DNA from: an uncultured delta proteobacterium
GTDB lineage: Bacteria; Myxococcota_A; Polyangia; Polyangiales; Polyangiaceae
Reading direction: 5' to 3'
Assembly: GCA_963782055.1 (NCBI GenBank)
Contig: CAWAIF010000003.1
Span: forward strand, 3,776,001 to 3,840,000
Length of the DNA: 64,000 nucleotides
Part shown: one piece after another, positions 42,238 through 52,721 of the stretch
How the letters are laid out: each line of letters opens with the position of its first letter
Position numbering within the stretch: the first letter of the stretch is position 1
Made by a program: the position numbers and the translations under genes
Notes under the pieces: model-generated
The model's input: the letters and a program-made list of their open reading frames with translations, nothing else
What the model was told of the DNA's origin: nothing
The model's database searches: none

Positions 42238-43797
42238 TCACAGCATGCGGGCGAAGAGCTTGGCGTAGTGGTCGGCGATGGCCTGACCGCCGAGCTGGCT
42301 GAAGAAGGAGGAGTACGCCATCCACACCGCGAGGCTGTTCAGATCGCGGAAGATGGGCGGCAGGTAGCGCGGAGGCGTCACCACGCCGTCGTGCACGCGC
42401 AGCGCGAGCACCGGCACGTCCTCGTGCGCCACCTTCCCCACGAAGAGGAAGGGGATGAGCTCCACCCTGTTGTGCTGGATGGCGCTGCGGATGAAGGCGT
42501 AGTTGAGGACGATCCCCTTGCAGTAGCAGGCGTCCTTGGTGAAGGGCGCGCCGCCGTCGATGACGCCCCCGCGAAAGATGCGGCTGGCGTTCTGGTAGCA
42601 CTCGTCCTCGTCGTAGCCCTCGGTGCGGAACCACTCGAAGACGTCGATGAAGCTCGCGCCGTCCTCCGCCTTGTCCACCGCGAGCACGCGGTCGTTGAGG
42701 CGGCGGGCGCGGCGGGGGTAGGTGCGGAAGGTGAAGATCTCCAGCAGCGCGGCGAGCCCCTCCTGCACGCTGGTGGTGCGCGGCGGGCCCTTGGCGAGCC
42801 AGCGGGCGACGGTCTGCTGCTGCCCGTTGAGCGACGTGGCGACGTGCACCCAGCCCTCGTGCACCTCCAGGATGTCGATGTCGCGCGGGGAGAAGAAGGC
42901 GCCGGTGCGGATCTTGACGTAGTCGTTGCCCGCGGCGGCGTCGGCGACGATGTTGTCGTCGGCGGAGACGCGCACGGCGGCGTCGGCGAAGTAGGAGGAG
43001 AAGCGGTCGTTCAAGATCTCCGCGCAGTTCTCCGCGCTGATGGTGCGCTCGAACTGCGGGCCGAGGAGCTTCTCGTCGACGTTGGTGAGGATCTCGTAGA
43101 GCAGGTGCCCCAGATCGCGCACGGTGGAGCGGCCGTCGGGGAAGGTGTCCTTGGGCGAGCCGTAGAGCCGCCGTGAGAAGGCGTAGAAGGCGGGCGTGCC
43201 GCGCGCGGCGAGCATGCGCACCACGTCGCGGTACTCCAGCGCGGTCTCCACCATGATGCGGCCGACGTCGTCCTTGCCGAGCTCGCGCTCGATGTCCTGG
43301 GCGATGGCGTCGAACTCGTCGGCCTTCGCGCGCGGGTCGAACCCCAGCTCGATGCCGCCGTAGTACGCGGCGTCCAGGCGCGGCATCTCGCGGAAGCGCG
43401 ACTTGAAGAACGCCTCCTCCACCGCGTTGTCCCAGCGCAGCGCCTGCAGGACGCGCACCGGGCGCTGCCCCTCCACGATGCGCCCGGCGAGCTGGCCCAC
43501 CTTCTCCTTGTAGCTGCGCCACGGCCCGGCGGTGGGGGGCGGGGGGATGGAGGGGACGTCCACCTCCAGGGTGGCGTCAGGATCGCGCGCGTGCTTCTTC
43601 GCGTCCTCGCGGGCCTCGCGCGCGCCACTCTCCTTGGCGCTGCTCTCCCTGGCGCCGCTCTCCTTGGCGCTGCTCTCCCTGGCGCCGTTCTCCCGGGCCT
43701 CCTTCCCCTCCTTCGGGGCCGGCGCGACCGCCTCCTTGGCGGGCTTCTGGCGCTCCTCGTCCGCCTTGTCTGGCATCGAGGGAAATTGTGGCATCAA
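42238..43797 (-). CDS. QEGLA-motif (DUF1704) putative zinc metallopeptidase
   Basis: HEGWVH, QEGLA, FTKDACY; low-complexity N-terminus, start uncertain. Confidence 0.85.
   Translation of the reverse strand: MMPQFPSMPDKADEERQKPAKEAVAPAPKEGKEARENGARESSAKESGARESSAKESGAREAREDAKKHARDPDATLEVDVPSIPPPPTAGPWRSYKEKVGQLAGRIVEGQRPVRVLQALRWDNAVEEAFFKSRFREMPRLDAAYYGGIELGFDPRAKADEFDAIAQDIERELGKDDVGRIMVETALEYRDVVRMLAARGTPAFYAFSRRLYGSPKDTFPDGRSTVRDLGHLLYEILTNVDEKLLGPQFERTISAENCAEILNDRFSSYFADAAVRVSADDNIVADAAAGNDYVKIRTGAFFSPRDIDILEVHEGWVHVATSLNGQQQTVARWLAKGPPRTTSVQEGLAALLEIFTFRTYPRRARRLNDRVLAVDKAEDGASFIDVFEWFRTEGYDEDECYQNASRIFRGGVIDGGAPFTKDACYCKGIVLNYAFIRSAIQHNRVELIPFLFVGKVAHEDVPVLALRVHDGVVTPPRYLPPIFRDLNSLAVWMAYSSFFSQLGGQAIADHYAKLFARML
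43621..43694. repeat. In-frame 30-nt tandem repeat
   Basis: About 2.5 copies, encoding GARESSAKES. Confidence 0.75.
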
Positions 43798-43815
43798 ACC
43801 ACGTGTACAATCCAG

Positions 43816-44541
43816 CTAATCGCCGGAGGGCGTCTCGGTCGCCCACCGGGCGAGCGCCGCGGTGACCGGATCGTCGGCGTCGTGGGAGAAGAGCTCGACC
43901 ACCACCGGCCAGGTCTGGTCCGGACGCTCGATCTCCACCCACGCGCGCGCCACCGCCCGCCCTTCCTCCTGCACCACGTGGTGGCCGCGGCGTGTGGGGG
44001 TCGCGCCCTCCAGCGCGAGGGTGGCCATGCGCAGGCGCGCCGCCAGGAGCATCGGCAGGGCGTCGGGCTCGCCGGCGAAGCCGCGCATGCCCAGGCGGTA
44101 GCGCTCGCGCACCTGCGGCGGCAGCAGCTTGCGCTCCGCCGTCACCGCCTGCGCCCACGCCACGCGCGCGTCGATCCGTCCATCCGGCGCGAGCGGCAGC
44201 ACGGCGAGGTCCACCGCGTCGGACCACACGTCCTCCGGCGCGGCCTCCGGGCCGCCGGGCGCGGTGATCACCGCGACACGCAGGGTGCGGTCGCCGCCCA
44301 GCACGCCGTCCGCTTCCACCACCATCTGGTAGGCGGACTCCCCGGACTCCTTCTCCACGCGCCGGAGCTGCTCCTCGAAGACCATGTCGCCCAGCATCGC
44401 GACGTCGGCGGGCGTCACCGGATCGCTCGGCGTGGCCGGCATCGCGATGCGCACGCGCGTATCCGAGCAGCGGCGGCAGACCAGATCGTCGGCCTCGCAG
44501 GGCTCACCGCAGCGCGCGCAGGGAGTCGGCTGTGCATTCAT
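43816..44541 (-). CDS. Hypothetical protein with N-terminal zinc ribbon
   Basis: CARC...CRRC; coding-like bias. Confidence 0.62.
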   Translation of the reverse strand: MNAQPTPCARCGEPCEADDLVCRRCSDTRVRIAMPATPSDPVTPADVAMLGDMVFEEQLRRVEKESGESAYQMVVEADGVLGGDRTLRVAVITAPGGPEAAPEDVWSDAVDLAVLPLAPDGRIDARVAWAQAVTAERKLLPPQVRERYRLGMRGFAGEPDALPMLLAARLRMATLALEGATPTRRGHHVVQEEGRAVARAWVEIERPDQTWPVVVELFSHDADDPVTAALARWATETPSGD

Positions 44542-44616
44542 GGTGAACGCGCCGAGCGCACCGCCCGGCCAGTCTCTCACTATCGCACGGGCCCTTCGGC
44601 TTTCCAATCCCGCTTT

Positions 44617-45694
44617 TCAGACGGCCGACGCTGCCGCTGCTGCCACCTTCGCCAGGACGTCGGTCTCCTTCACGCCGTCGCTCTCGGCCCGGTAGGAGAG
44701 CACCAGCCTGTGGCGGAGCACCGGCAGCACCAGGGCGCGGATGTCGCCGACGTCGGCCGCGGCCTCGCCGCGGAGGGCCGCGCGGGCCTTGGCGGCCAGG
44801 ACCAGGGCCTGCGAGCCGCGGGGGCCGGCGCCGAAGCGGACGTAGCGCTGGACCTCGTCCACGACCTTCTCGCCGCCGCTCCCCTGGGGGCGGGTTGCCC
44901 TGGCGAGGGCCACCGCGAGCTTCACCGCCTGCGGGGTCACCGGGATGCGGGGGACGAGGTCTTGCAGGGCGCGGACCTCGTCGCCGTGGAGCACGCGAGG
45001 AACCTCGCCCTGGACGGCCCCCGTCGTCCGGCGGGCGATCTCTTCTTCTTCTTCTCGGGAGGGGTAGCCGACGTGGACCTCCAGCAGGAAGCGGTCGAGC
45101 TGGGCCTCCGGCAGAGGATAGGTGCCTTCCTGTTCAATGGGGTTTCGCGTGGCGAACACCAGGAACGGCTCGGGCAGCAGGTGGGTCTCGGTGCCGACAG
45201 TCACCCGCCGCTCCTGCATGGCCTGGAGCAGCGCGGCCTGGGTCTTGGGCGGGGTCCGGTTGATCTCGTCCGCCAGGACCAGGTGGTGGAAGATCGGCCC
45301 CGGCAGGAAGCGGACCCGGCGGCGGAGGTTTCCCTGGGGATCGTCTTCCTCGTGCAGCACGTCGGTGCCGGTGATGTCCGCCGGCAAGAGATCGGGGGTG
45401 AACTGGACGCGGCCGAAGCTCAGAATCCAGCGCCTGGGCCAGGGTGCTCACCAGCAGGGTCTTGGCCAGGCCGGGCACGCCCACCAGCAGGGCGTGTCCG
45501 CGCGCCAAAAGGGCCACCAGCATGAGGTCGATGACCTCCGACTGGCCCACCACCCGGGCGCCGACGGCCTCGTGCAGGGCGTCGTGGGCCTGCTTCGCCT
45601 TCTCCAGCAGGGCCTCGTCATCGGGGACCGAGGAGGCGACCTCGCGGCGCGGCGAGGTCGCTGATTTGTCGGCGTCTTCGGCGTCTTGCGTCAC
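44617..45694 (-). pseudogene. MoxR AAA+ ATPase with a +1 frameshift (pseudogene or sequence error)
   Basis: GVPGLAKT lies in one frame and [21 protein letters not shown] in another; removing one A at 45424-45425 restores [14 protein letters not shown]. Confidence 0.82.
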
Positions 45695-45819
45695 TTGCTC
45701 CACGTTTCGCACGAAGTTCGGGCCTTGGCCAGCGCCGCGTCGCCTCGGTCGGGCTGCCCCCCAGCTCGACCGGAGAGCGACCGCACGCCGAGAAAAGGTC
45801 GTGAATTGCCCGGAGGCCG

Positions 45820-46068
45820 GTGAGCGTGTATTTGCACCCCGTGCAAGCCCCCCCGGCATCCTCGAGCGCCGCCGCGCCCCCCCCGGCCGCGCCGGAGGCC
45901 ACCGAGGTGGTCATCCGGCCCCACGGCCTCGCGCACGGCCGGTGGGAGGCCCCCGCCTGGAGTTTCTACGTCGCCGGCGGGCTGGTGGTCGTTGGCGCCC
46001 TCACGTACGCCCTGCTCCGCCTCCTCGCCGTGCGCCGCGGGCACCACCCTTCCGGAGGGCGCACGTGA
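45820..46068 (+). CDS. Small membrane protein
   Basis: GGAGG RBS, Pro/Ala-rich start, single TM, TGATG overlap with the next gene. Confidence 0.55.
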   Translation: MSVYLHPVQAPPASSSAAAPPPAAPEATEVVIRPHGLAHGRWEAPAWSFYVAGGLVVVGALTYALLRLLAVRRGHHPSGGRT

Positions 46069-47057
46069 TGGCGCAGGACGTGGCCGTGGAGGTGCCGCCG
46101 CCCCGCAAGCGCGTGGGCCTGAACCGCGTGCTGGTGGTGATGATGCTCGCGGTCCTGCTCTACGCAGGCTTCGCCATCTACAGCGGCCCGGGGAAGCTGC
46201 GCGCCGACCTCGGCCACTTCGAGTGGTCGGCCTTCGTCATGGCCTGCGGCCTGGCGTTTTCCAACTACGTGCTGCGGTTCCTCAAGTGGGAGTTTTACCT
46301 GGCGCGGCTGGGCATCAAGAACGTGGGCAAGCTGGACAGCTTCCTCACCTTCCTCTCCGGCTTCGTGTTGACCATCTCGCCGGGGAAGGTCGGGGAGGTC
46401 TTCAAGTCGCTCGTCCTCTTCGAGACCCACCACGTGCCCATGGCGCGCACCGCGCCCATCGTGGTGGCCGAGCGCATCACCGATCTCATCGGCATCATCG
46501 TGCTCATCGTCATCGGGTCGCTGGGCTTCGCCGGGGGGCTGCTGCCGGCGGCGGTGGGCGGCGGGCTCGTCCTCGCGCTGCTGGTGGTCATCGCATCGCG
46601 CACGCTCTCCATGGGCATCATCAGGCTCGTCGCGCGCCTGCCGGGCCCCTTCCAGCGCCTCGCCCCCAAGCTGGAGGTGGCGTACGAGAGCCTCACGGTG
46701 CTGGTGAAGCCGGTGAACCTGATCTGGCCCACCATCCTGTCCATCGCCGCGTGGTCCCTCGAGTGCCTGGCGCTGGCGGTGATCCTCCGCGGCTTCGGCG
46801 AGCACGTGCCGATCACGCTCTCCATCTTCTTCTACGCCACCAGCACCCTGGCCGGCGCGGTCCTCCCCGGCGGCCTGGGCGTGACGGAGGCGGGCCTGCG
46901 CCAGCAGATGGTGGACGTCGGGCACGTCGGGGCGACCACCAGCACCGCGGCGATGATGCTCGTCCGCTTCGCGACGCTCTGGTTCGCCGTCGCCGTGGGC
47001 TTCATCGCGCTCTTCGCGCTCAAGCGGCGCTACCGCGGCCTGCTGTCCTCGTCCTGA
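46068..47057 (+). CDS. Lysylphosphatidylglycerol synthase TM / flippase-like protein (UPF0104)
   Basis: LRFLKW, SPGKVGE, ERITD, PGGLGVTEAG, VRFATLW. Confidence 0.85.
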   Translation: MAQDVAVEVPPPRKRVGLNRVLVVMMLAVLLYAGFAIYSGPGKLRADLGHFEWSAFVMACGLAFSNYVLRFLKWEFYLARLGIKNVGKLDSFLTFLSGFVLTISPGKVGEVFKSLVLFETHHVPMARTAPIVVAERITDLIGIIVLIVIGSLGFAGGLLPAAVGGGLVLALLVVIASRTLSMGIIRLVARLPGPFQRLAPKLEVAYESLTVLVKPVNLIWPTILSIAAWSLECLALAVILRGFGEHVPITLSIFFYATSTLAGAVLPGGLGVTEAGLRQQMVDVGHVGATTSTAAMMLVRFATLWFAVAVGFIALFALKRRYRGLLSSS

Positions 47058-48034
47058 CGCAGCGTCTGCAGCGCGGCGGCGAAGTCCGCGGGGGGCGGCG
47101 CCTCGAAGCGCATGGGCTCGCCCGTCGTCGGGTGGACGAAACCCAGCACGCGCGCGTGCAGCGCCTGGTGACCGAGCGCCCGCGCGACGGCGCGCAGCGT
47201 CGGATCGCGCGGGGGCTTGCCGTAGAGGGGATCCCCCAGCACCGGCGTGCCCGCCTCGGCGAGGTGGACGCGGATCTGGTGGGTGCGCCCGGTCTCCAGC
47301 CGGCAGGTGACCAGGCTCGCGCGGCCGCCCGCGAGCACCTCGCACACTTCCACGTGGGTGACGGCCGTCTTGCCGGTCGCCACGTGGGTGGTGAAGCGCA
47401 GGCGGTCGCGGGGGTGACGCCCGTGCAGGGAGCGGATGGTGCCGGCGCGCGCCCGGCCCGCGGTGATGGCGTCGTACGCGCGCTCGATGGAGTGCTCGGC
47501 GAACTGCCGCTTGAGCGCCTCGCGCGCCGTGGCGGTGCGGGCGACCACCATCACCCCGCTCGTGCCCTTGTCCAGGCGGTGCACGATCCCCGGTCGGGCG
47601 TGCCCGCCGTCCCCCTCTTCCAGGTCCTCCAGGCGGAAGTAGCCGCGGGCGAGCAGGCCGTGGACGAGGGTGCCCGTCTCGTGGCCGCGCGCCGGGTGCA
47701 CCACCAGCCCCGGCGGCTTGACCAGCACCACCAGCGCGTCGTCGGCGTAGAGCTCCTCGAAGACCACGCTCGCGTCCGGCGCGACGTCGGTGGCGCGCGG
47801 CGGCATCGGCCGCACCTCCACCCGCGCTCCCTCCCGCACCGCGTCCTTCGCGCGGCGCACCGCGCCGTCCACCGTCACCCGCCCGGCGTCTATCCAGCGC
47901 TGCAGCTCGGCGCGCGAGGGGGCCTCCGCCATGCCCGCCAGCGCGCCGGCGAGGAAGCGGTCCAGCCGCTGCCCCGCGGCCTGCCGGGAGACGACGAGGG
48001 AGAGGGGCGGCGCGACCGGCCCGCGGGCTACCAG
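47030..48034 (-). CDS. rluD: RluA family pseudouridine synthase with S4 domain
   Basis: RLDRFL, KPPGLVVHP, HRLDKGTSG, TGRTHQIRVH, GDPLYG; start codon unclear. Confidence 0.88.
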   Translation of the reverse strand: MVARGPVAPPLSLVVSRQAAGQRLDRFLAGALAGMAEAPSRAELQRWIDAGRVTVDGAVRRAKDAVREGARVEVRPMPPRATDVAPDASVVFEELYADDALVVLVKPPGLVVHPARGHETGTLVHGLLARGYFRLEDLEEGDGGHARPGIVHRLDKGTSGVMVVARTATAREALKRQFAEHSIERAYDAITAGRARAGTIRSLHGRHPRDRLRFTTHVATGKTAVTHVEVCEVLAGGRASLVTCRLETGRTHQIRVHLAEAGTPVLGDPLYGKPPRDPTLRAVARALGHQALHARVLGFVHPTTGEPMRFEAPPPADFAAALQTLRQDEDSRPR

Positions 48035-48291
48035 AGGCGGGACTTGATGTGCCCCTTCGCCTTGATCAGGATGTCGACGAGGGCGCGGTCGTAGAAGTTG
48101 CGGGGGTAGAGGTCCGGCGAGACGCGCCGCTTGAACAGGGCGCGGCCCTCCTCGATCTCCTCGGCGATCGTCTCGAAGAGGTTGTCGTGCGTGATGCCCT
48201 GCACGATCTTGTCCTCGTTGTAGAGCGACAGGTCGCTGGCGATGGCACGGGCCAGGCGACGGGCGGCTTCCTCGGTCTCGATGAGGGGCAT
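48028..48291 (-). CDS. Small helical protein of unknown function
   Basis: GGAGG RBS; ARRLARAIASDLSLYN...IEEGRALFKRRV; strong coding bias. Confidence 0.8.
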   Translation of the reverse strand: MPLIETEEAARRLARAIASDLSLYNEDKIVQGITHDNLFETIAEEIEEGRALFKRRVSPDLYPRNFYDRALVDILIKAKGHIKSRLW

Positions 48292-48403
48292 CGCAGATCC
48301 TCCAGAGCGCAGTATCTCGAATGCCGAGGCTCCCCGTCAACTTGCGGTCCGAAGTCCGCTTGGCCTCGGCTTCGGCCCCGCTTTTTGCTAATCCTCAGCG
48401 CGG

Positions 48404-50254
48404 ATGACCGAACCGCGCACGCTTGCCCAGGCCGTCGAGGACGCCGCCCAGTGCGACCCCACGCGGGGCTTCCGCTTCGTCCCGGAGACGGGCGTTCCGG
48501 GCCTCACCGGCAACCACGACACGAGCGAGGCCTCCTTCTCGTATACCGCCATCGAGCGCGCGAGCGCCCGGTACGGCGGGGCGCTGCAGGCGCTCGGGCT
48601 GAAGAAGGGAGACCGCGTCGCGCTCATCCTCCCCACCAACGAGGACTTCGTCCTCTGCTTCTTCGGCGCGCTGCGCGCCGGGATCATCCCGGTGCCCATC
48701 TACCCCCCGCTCGGGCTGGGGCAGCTCCAGGGCTACCTGGACAACACCCGCCACATCGTCGCCAAGAGCGGCGCCAAGGCGCTGGTGACCGACTCCAAGA
48801 TCAAGCGGTTGCTCGGCACCGTGCAGGCCTCCTGCCCGGCGCTGGACCAGGTGGTGGCGGTGGAGGCCATCCGCGAGTCGCTGGAGACGCTCAAGCCGGT
48901 GAAGGTCGGGCTGGACGACATCGCCTTCCTCCAGTTCACCAGCGGCTCCACCTCCCGGCCGAAGGGCGTGACGCTCACCCACGCCAACCTCGCCGCCAAC
49001 ATGACGTGCATCATGCACGACGGCCTGCGCTCGACGGAGAGCGACGTGGGCGTCTCGTGGCTGCCGCTCTACCACGACATGGGGCTCATCGGCTTCGTGC
49101 TGGCGCCGCTCTACTTCAAGCGGCCGGTGGTCTTCCTCCCTCCCCTGCTCTTCCTCAAGCGGCCGGCCTCCTGGCTGCAGACCGTCTCCCGCCACAAGGG
49201 CACCATCGCCTACGGGCCCAACTTCGCCTACGCGCTGTGCGTGAAGCGCATCAAGGCGCGGGAGATGGAGGGCGTGGACCTCTCCAGCTGGCGCGTGGCC
49301 GGGTGCGGCGCCGAGCCCATCCGCCCGGAGACGCTGGAGACCTTCTGCGAGACCTTCGCGCGGTACGGCTTCCGCAAGGAGGCGATACTCCCGTCCTACG
49401 GCATGGCGGAGTCGTCGCTCGCCATCTGCTTCAGCGAGCTGGGCGCGGGGATGAAGACCGTCACCGTCGACGCGACGAAGCTCTGGGGCGAGGGCAAGGC
49501 GGTGGCGGTGGCGGACGACACCGAGGGCGCGGTGCGCGTCGTCTCCTGCGGCAAGGAGTTCCCCCTGCACACCATCCGCGTCTTCGCCCCCGACGACGCG
49601 ACGAGCGCCACCCCGCTGCCCGACGGCACCGTCGGCGAGCTGCGCCTGGCCGGCCCGAGCGTGATGAAGGGCTACTGGGAGGACACCGAGCGCACGCGCG
49701 AGGCCTTCGCCGGGGACTACCTCAAGACGGGCGACCTCGGCTTCGTCGAGGACGGCCGCGTCTACATCTGCGGGCGCTCCAAGGAGGTCATCATCCTCAA
49801 CGGGCGCAACTACTACCCGCAGGACATGGAGTGGGAGGTCGGCAAGGTCGTGGGCGTTCGCAAGGGCAACGTCATCGCCTTCGGCGCGAAGGACCCCTCC
49901 GGCATCGAGGTCGATCGCGAGCGGGTGGTGGTGGCCTTCGAGGCGCAGGACGCGCGGGACCTGGAGCGCCCGGAGCGGGTGCGCGAGCTCAGCCAGGCGG
50001 TTCGCAAGGCGGTGCAGGAGGGCATGGCCCTGACGCTGGACGACGTCGTCCCGCTGGGGCCGGGCGTCCTGCCCAAGACCTCCAGCGGCAAGCTGCAGCG
50101 GGCCAAGACACGCGAGCTCTACGAGAAGGGGGAGCTCGCCCTGCGCAAGAGCGCCAGGGAGGCCACCCGGCTGGACGTGGTGAAGGAGGCGGCCAGGAGC
50201 CAGCTGTCCTATTTCAAGCTCGCGGTGCTCGGCGGAAGGAAGAAGAAGGAGTGA
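48404..50254 (+). CDS. Fatty acyl-AMP ligase
   Basis: FLQFTSGSTSRPKGV, SWLPLYHDMGLIG, YGMAE, TGDLG, GRNYYPQD, PKTSSGK. Confidence 0.92.
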   Translation: MTEPRTLAQAVEDAAQCDPTRGFRFVPETGVPGLTGNHDTSEASFSYTAIERASARYGGALQALGLKKGDRVALILPTNEDFVLCFFGALRAGIIPVPIYPPLGLGQLQGYLDNTRHIVAKSGAKALVTDSKIKRLLGTVQASCPALDQVVAVEAIRESLETLKPVKVGLDDIAFLQFTSGSTSRPKGVTLTHANLAANMTCIMHDGLRSTESDVGVSWLPLYHDMGLIGFVLAPLYFKRPVVFLPPLLFLKRPASWLQTVSRHKGTIAYGPNFAYALCVKRIKAREMEGVDLSSWRVAGCGAEPIRPETLETFCETFARYGFRKEAILPSYGMAESSLAICFSELGAGMKTVTVDATKLWGEGKAVAVADDTEGAVRVVSCGKEFPLHTIRVFAPDDATSATPLPDGTVGELRLAGPSVMKGYWEDTERTREAFAGDYLKTGDLGFVEDGRVYICGRSKEVIILNGRNYYPQDMEWEVGKVVGVRKGNVIAFGAKDPSGIEVDRERVVVAFEAQDARDLERPERVRELSQAVRKAVQEGMALTLDDVVPLGPGVLPKTSSGKLQRAKTRELYEKGELALRKSAREATRLDVVKEAARSQLSYFKLAVLGGRKKKE

Positions 50255-50292
50255 GGCCGGGCGGCCTTTCCAGAAAAAGAGGCCCGGGGGTC

Positions 50293-50321
50293 TTGCAGTT
50301 TAGAAATATTCTCATTAGCTT
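50293..50321 (+). promoter_or_regulatory. Sigma70-type promoter with Per/Fur-like box
   Basis: TTGCAG-17 nt-TAGCTT; AT-rich imperfect palindrome TTAGAAATATTCTCA (50300-50314) in the spacer. Confidence 0.7.
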
Positions 50322-50330
50322 CCCTCTCCG

Positions 50331-50813
50331 ATGAAGCGCGTGGCCTCTCACGAAGAGAAGACACCCCGGCGGCCCGCCGGCGCCCCCGAGGCGATGCTCG
50401 CGGACCTCCGCGCGCGGGGGCTGCGCATCACCCCCCAGCGCATCGCCATCGTGAAGCTCTTCGCCGGCGCCAGGACTCACCCGACGGCCCAGGACATCTT
50501 CGAGCGTCTCCACGCCGACTTCCCGTCGATGAGCTTCGCCACGGTCTACAACACGCTCGAGGCGCTCACCCAGGCGGGCCTCTCCAGCACCCTGCGGCTC
50601 GGCGGGGCCGCCCGCTTCGATCCCAACACCGCCCCCCACCACCACGCCGTGTGCGATCGCTGCGGCGCCGTGGTGGACGTACCCGTCGCCACGCTGCAGG
50701 CGAGCGAGGCGGGCGCCCGGCGCGTCCACAAGGTCGCCCCCGGCTTCGCGGTGCGCTCGGTCGAGCGCGTCTACCGCGGTCTTTGCGCCCGCTGCGCGCG
50801 CGGCGGCGACTGA
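50331..50813 (+). CDS. Fur family regulator, PerR-like
   Basis: RITPQR, HPTA, ATVYNTL, RFD...HHHAVCDRC, CARC. Confidence 0.88.
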   Translation: MKRVASHEEKTPRRPAGAPEAMLADLRARGLRITPQRIAIVKLFAGARTHPTAQDIFERLHADFPSMSFATVYNTLEALTQAGLSSTLRLGGAARFDPNTAPHHHAVCDRCGAVVDVPVATLQASEAGARRVHKVAPGFAVRSVERVYRGLCARCARGGD

Positions 50814-50881
50814 GCCCCTCGAAGATCCCACCCGGGCCGCCCGGCCCGGCACCGATGTCGCAACAGAAGGAGAATGAATCG

Positions 50882-51304
50882 ATGGCGAAAGCACTCAACG
50901 GAACCAAGACCCACCAGAACCTGAAGGACGCCTTCGCGGGCGAGTCGCAGGCCAACCGCCGCTACCTGTACTTCGCGAAGGTGGCCGACGTGGAGGGGCT
51001 GCCGGAGATCGCCGGCAACTTCAAGGAGACGGCGGACGGCGAGACCGGGCACGCGCACGGGCACCTCGACTACCTCAAGCAGGTGGGCGACCCGGCGACC
51101 AACCTGCCCATCGGCTCGACCGAGAAGAACCTCAAGTCGGCCATCGCCGGCGAGACGCACGAGTACGAGACGATGTACCCGGGCATGGCGAAGACCGCCC
51201 GCGACGAGGGCTTCGACGACGTCGCCGAGTGGTTCGAGACGCTGGCCAAGGCCGAGAAGAGCCACGCCGGCCGCTTCCAGAAGATGCTCGACACCCTGAA
51301 GTGA
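50882..51304 (+). CDS. Short rubrerythrin (no rubredoxin domain)
   Basis: [41 protein letters not shown]. Confidence 0.93.
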   Translation: MAKALNGTKTHQNLKDAFAGESQANRRYLYFAKVADVEGLPEIAGNFKETADGETGHAHGHLDYLKQVGDPATNLPIGSTEKNLKSAIAGETHEYETMYPGMAKTARDEGFDDVAEWFETLAKAEKSHAGRFQKMLDTLK

Positions 51305-51317
51305 GCCCGCGCCCCGG

Positions 51318-51343
51318 CGCGCCCCGTTTCACCGCGGGGCGCG
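51318..51343 (+). other. Intra-operon GC hairpin after rubrerythrin
   Basis: CGCGCCCCG-N8-CGGGGCGCG with no T tract. Confidence 0.5.
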
Positions 51344-51374
51344 TCCGGCGGCCGTGCTGCTCGGGAGACACCCC

Positions 51375-52700
51375 GTGAGCAAGATCGAGCCGACACCCCC
51401 GAAGCCGCCCGCGCGCGACCCGCACGACCCCCGCTACTGGGACGCGCGGGATCTGGAGCACGAGCTGCGCCGCGTGTTCGAGATCTGCCACGGCTGCCGC
51501 ATGTGCGTGAACTACTGCGGCTCCTTCCCCGAAATGTTCGCCCGGGTGGACCGCGACATCGACGCGGGGCGTGCCGTGGGCGCCGAGGTGCTGCTCGCCG
51601 ACGACTTCAAGGCGGTGAGCGACCTCTGCTGGCAGTGCAAGCTCTGTTACATCAAGTGCCCCTACACGCCGGACGAGGGGCACGCCTGGCAGGTGGACCT
51701 GCCCAGGCTGCTGACGCGAGAGAAGGCCCAGCGCGCCCGGCGCGAGGGCATCCCCATCGAGGACCGCGCCCTGGGCGAGCCGGGCGTGATGGGCAAGCTC
51801 ACCGCGGGGCCGATGGCGCGCGTCGCCAACCTGGTGAACGCGAACCGCCTCGTCCGCAAGACGATGAAGGTGGCCGCCGGCATCTCCGACGAGTTCCCCC
51901 TGCCCCCCTTCGCCACGACGACGTTCGGGAGGTGGCTGGAGCACCACGAACCGATGCCGGAGGCGGGTGACGCCGGCGAGATCTCCGTCTTCGCCACGTG
52001 CTTCGGCGACTACAACATGCCCGCCGCCAACGCCAACGCGGTGCTGGTGCTGGAGAAGAACGGCTACCGCGTGCGGCGGCCGGAGCAGGTCTGCTGCGGC
52101 CTGCCCAACCTGGACGGCGGCGACATCGACGCCGCGCAGGCGAAGGCCAAGATCAACGTGGCGTCGCTGCTGGCGGAGATCGAGGCGGGCCGCACGGTCG
52201 TCGTCACCGGCCCCTCGTGCGCGTACACCATCCGCAAGGAGTACCCCGAGCTGCTCGGCACCCCGGAGGCGGCGAAGGTCGCCGCGAGCGTGCTGGACGT
52301 GATGGAGTTCCTGGAGAAGCTGCGGCGGGAGAAGAAGCTCAACCGCGACTTCGAGCACCCGCTCGGCAAGATCGCCTACCACGCGCCCTGCCACCTGCGC
52401 GCGCAGAAGATCGGCTTCCCCGGCGCGCGCGTGCTCGGCGCGGTGCCCGAGACGGAGGTGGAGGTGATCCAGGAGTGCTCGGCGGTGGACGGCACCTGGG
52501 GAATGAAGGCGCGCCACTACGCGATGGGCCGCAGGTACGCCCAGAAGCTGGCGCGCGGCATCGAGGCCGTGGAGGCGCGGGTGGTCGTGACCGACTGCCC
52601 GCTCTCCGGCCTGCGCATCGCCAAGGAGAACGACGTCGTCGTGCGCCACCCCGTCGAGGCGCTCGCCGAAGCGTACGGAATCGCCATCGCCCTCTCCTGA
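51375..52700 (+). CDS. Fe-S oxidoreductase (4Fe-4S + CCG domains)
   Basis: [37 protein letters not shown]. Confidence 0.9.
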   Translation: MSKIEPTPPKPPARDPHDPRYWDARDLEHELRRVFEICHGCRMCVNYCGSFPEMFARVDRDIDAGRAVGAEVLLADDFKAVSDLCWQCKLCYIKCPYTPDEGHAWQVDLPRLLTREKAQRARREGIPIEDRALGEPGVMGKLTAGPMARVANLVNANRLVRKTMKVAAGISDEFPLPPFATTTFGRWLEHHEPMPEAGDAGEISVFATCFGDYNMPAANANAVLVLEKNGYRVRRPEQVCCGLPNLDGGDIDAAQAKAKINVASLLAEIEAGRTVVVTGPSCAYTIRKEYPELLGTPEAAKVAASVLDVMEFLEKLRREKKLNRDFEHPLGKIAYHAPCHLRAQKIGFPGARVLGAVPETEVEVIQECSAVDGTWGMKARHYAMGRRYAQKLARGIEAVEARVVVTDCPLSGLRIAKENDVVVRHPVEALAEAYGIAIALS

Positions 52701-52721
52701 GGACCGTGGCCGGAGGCAGTC

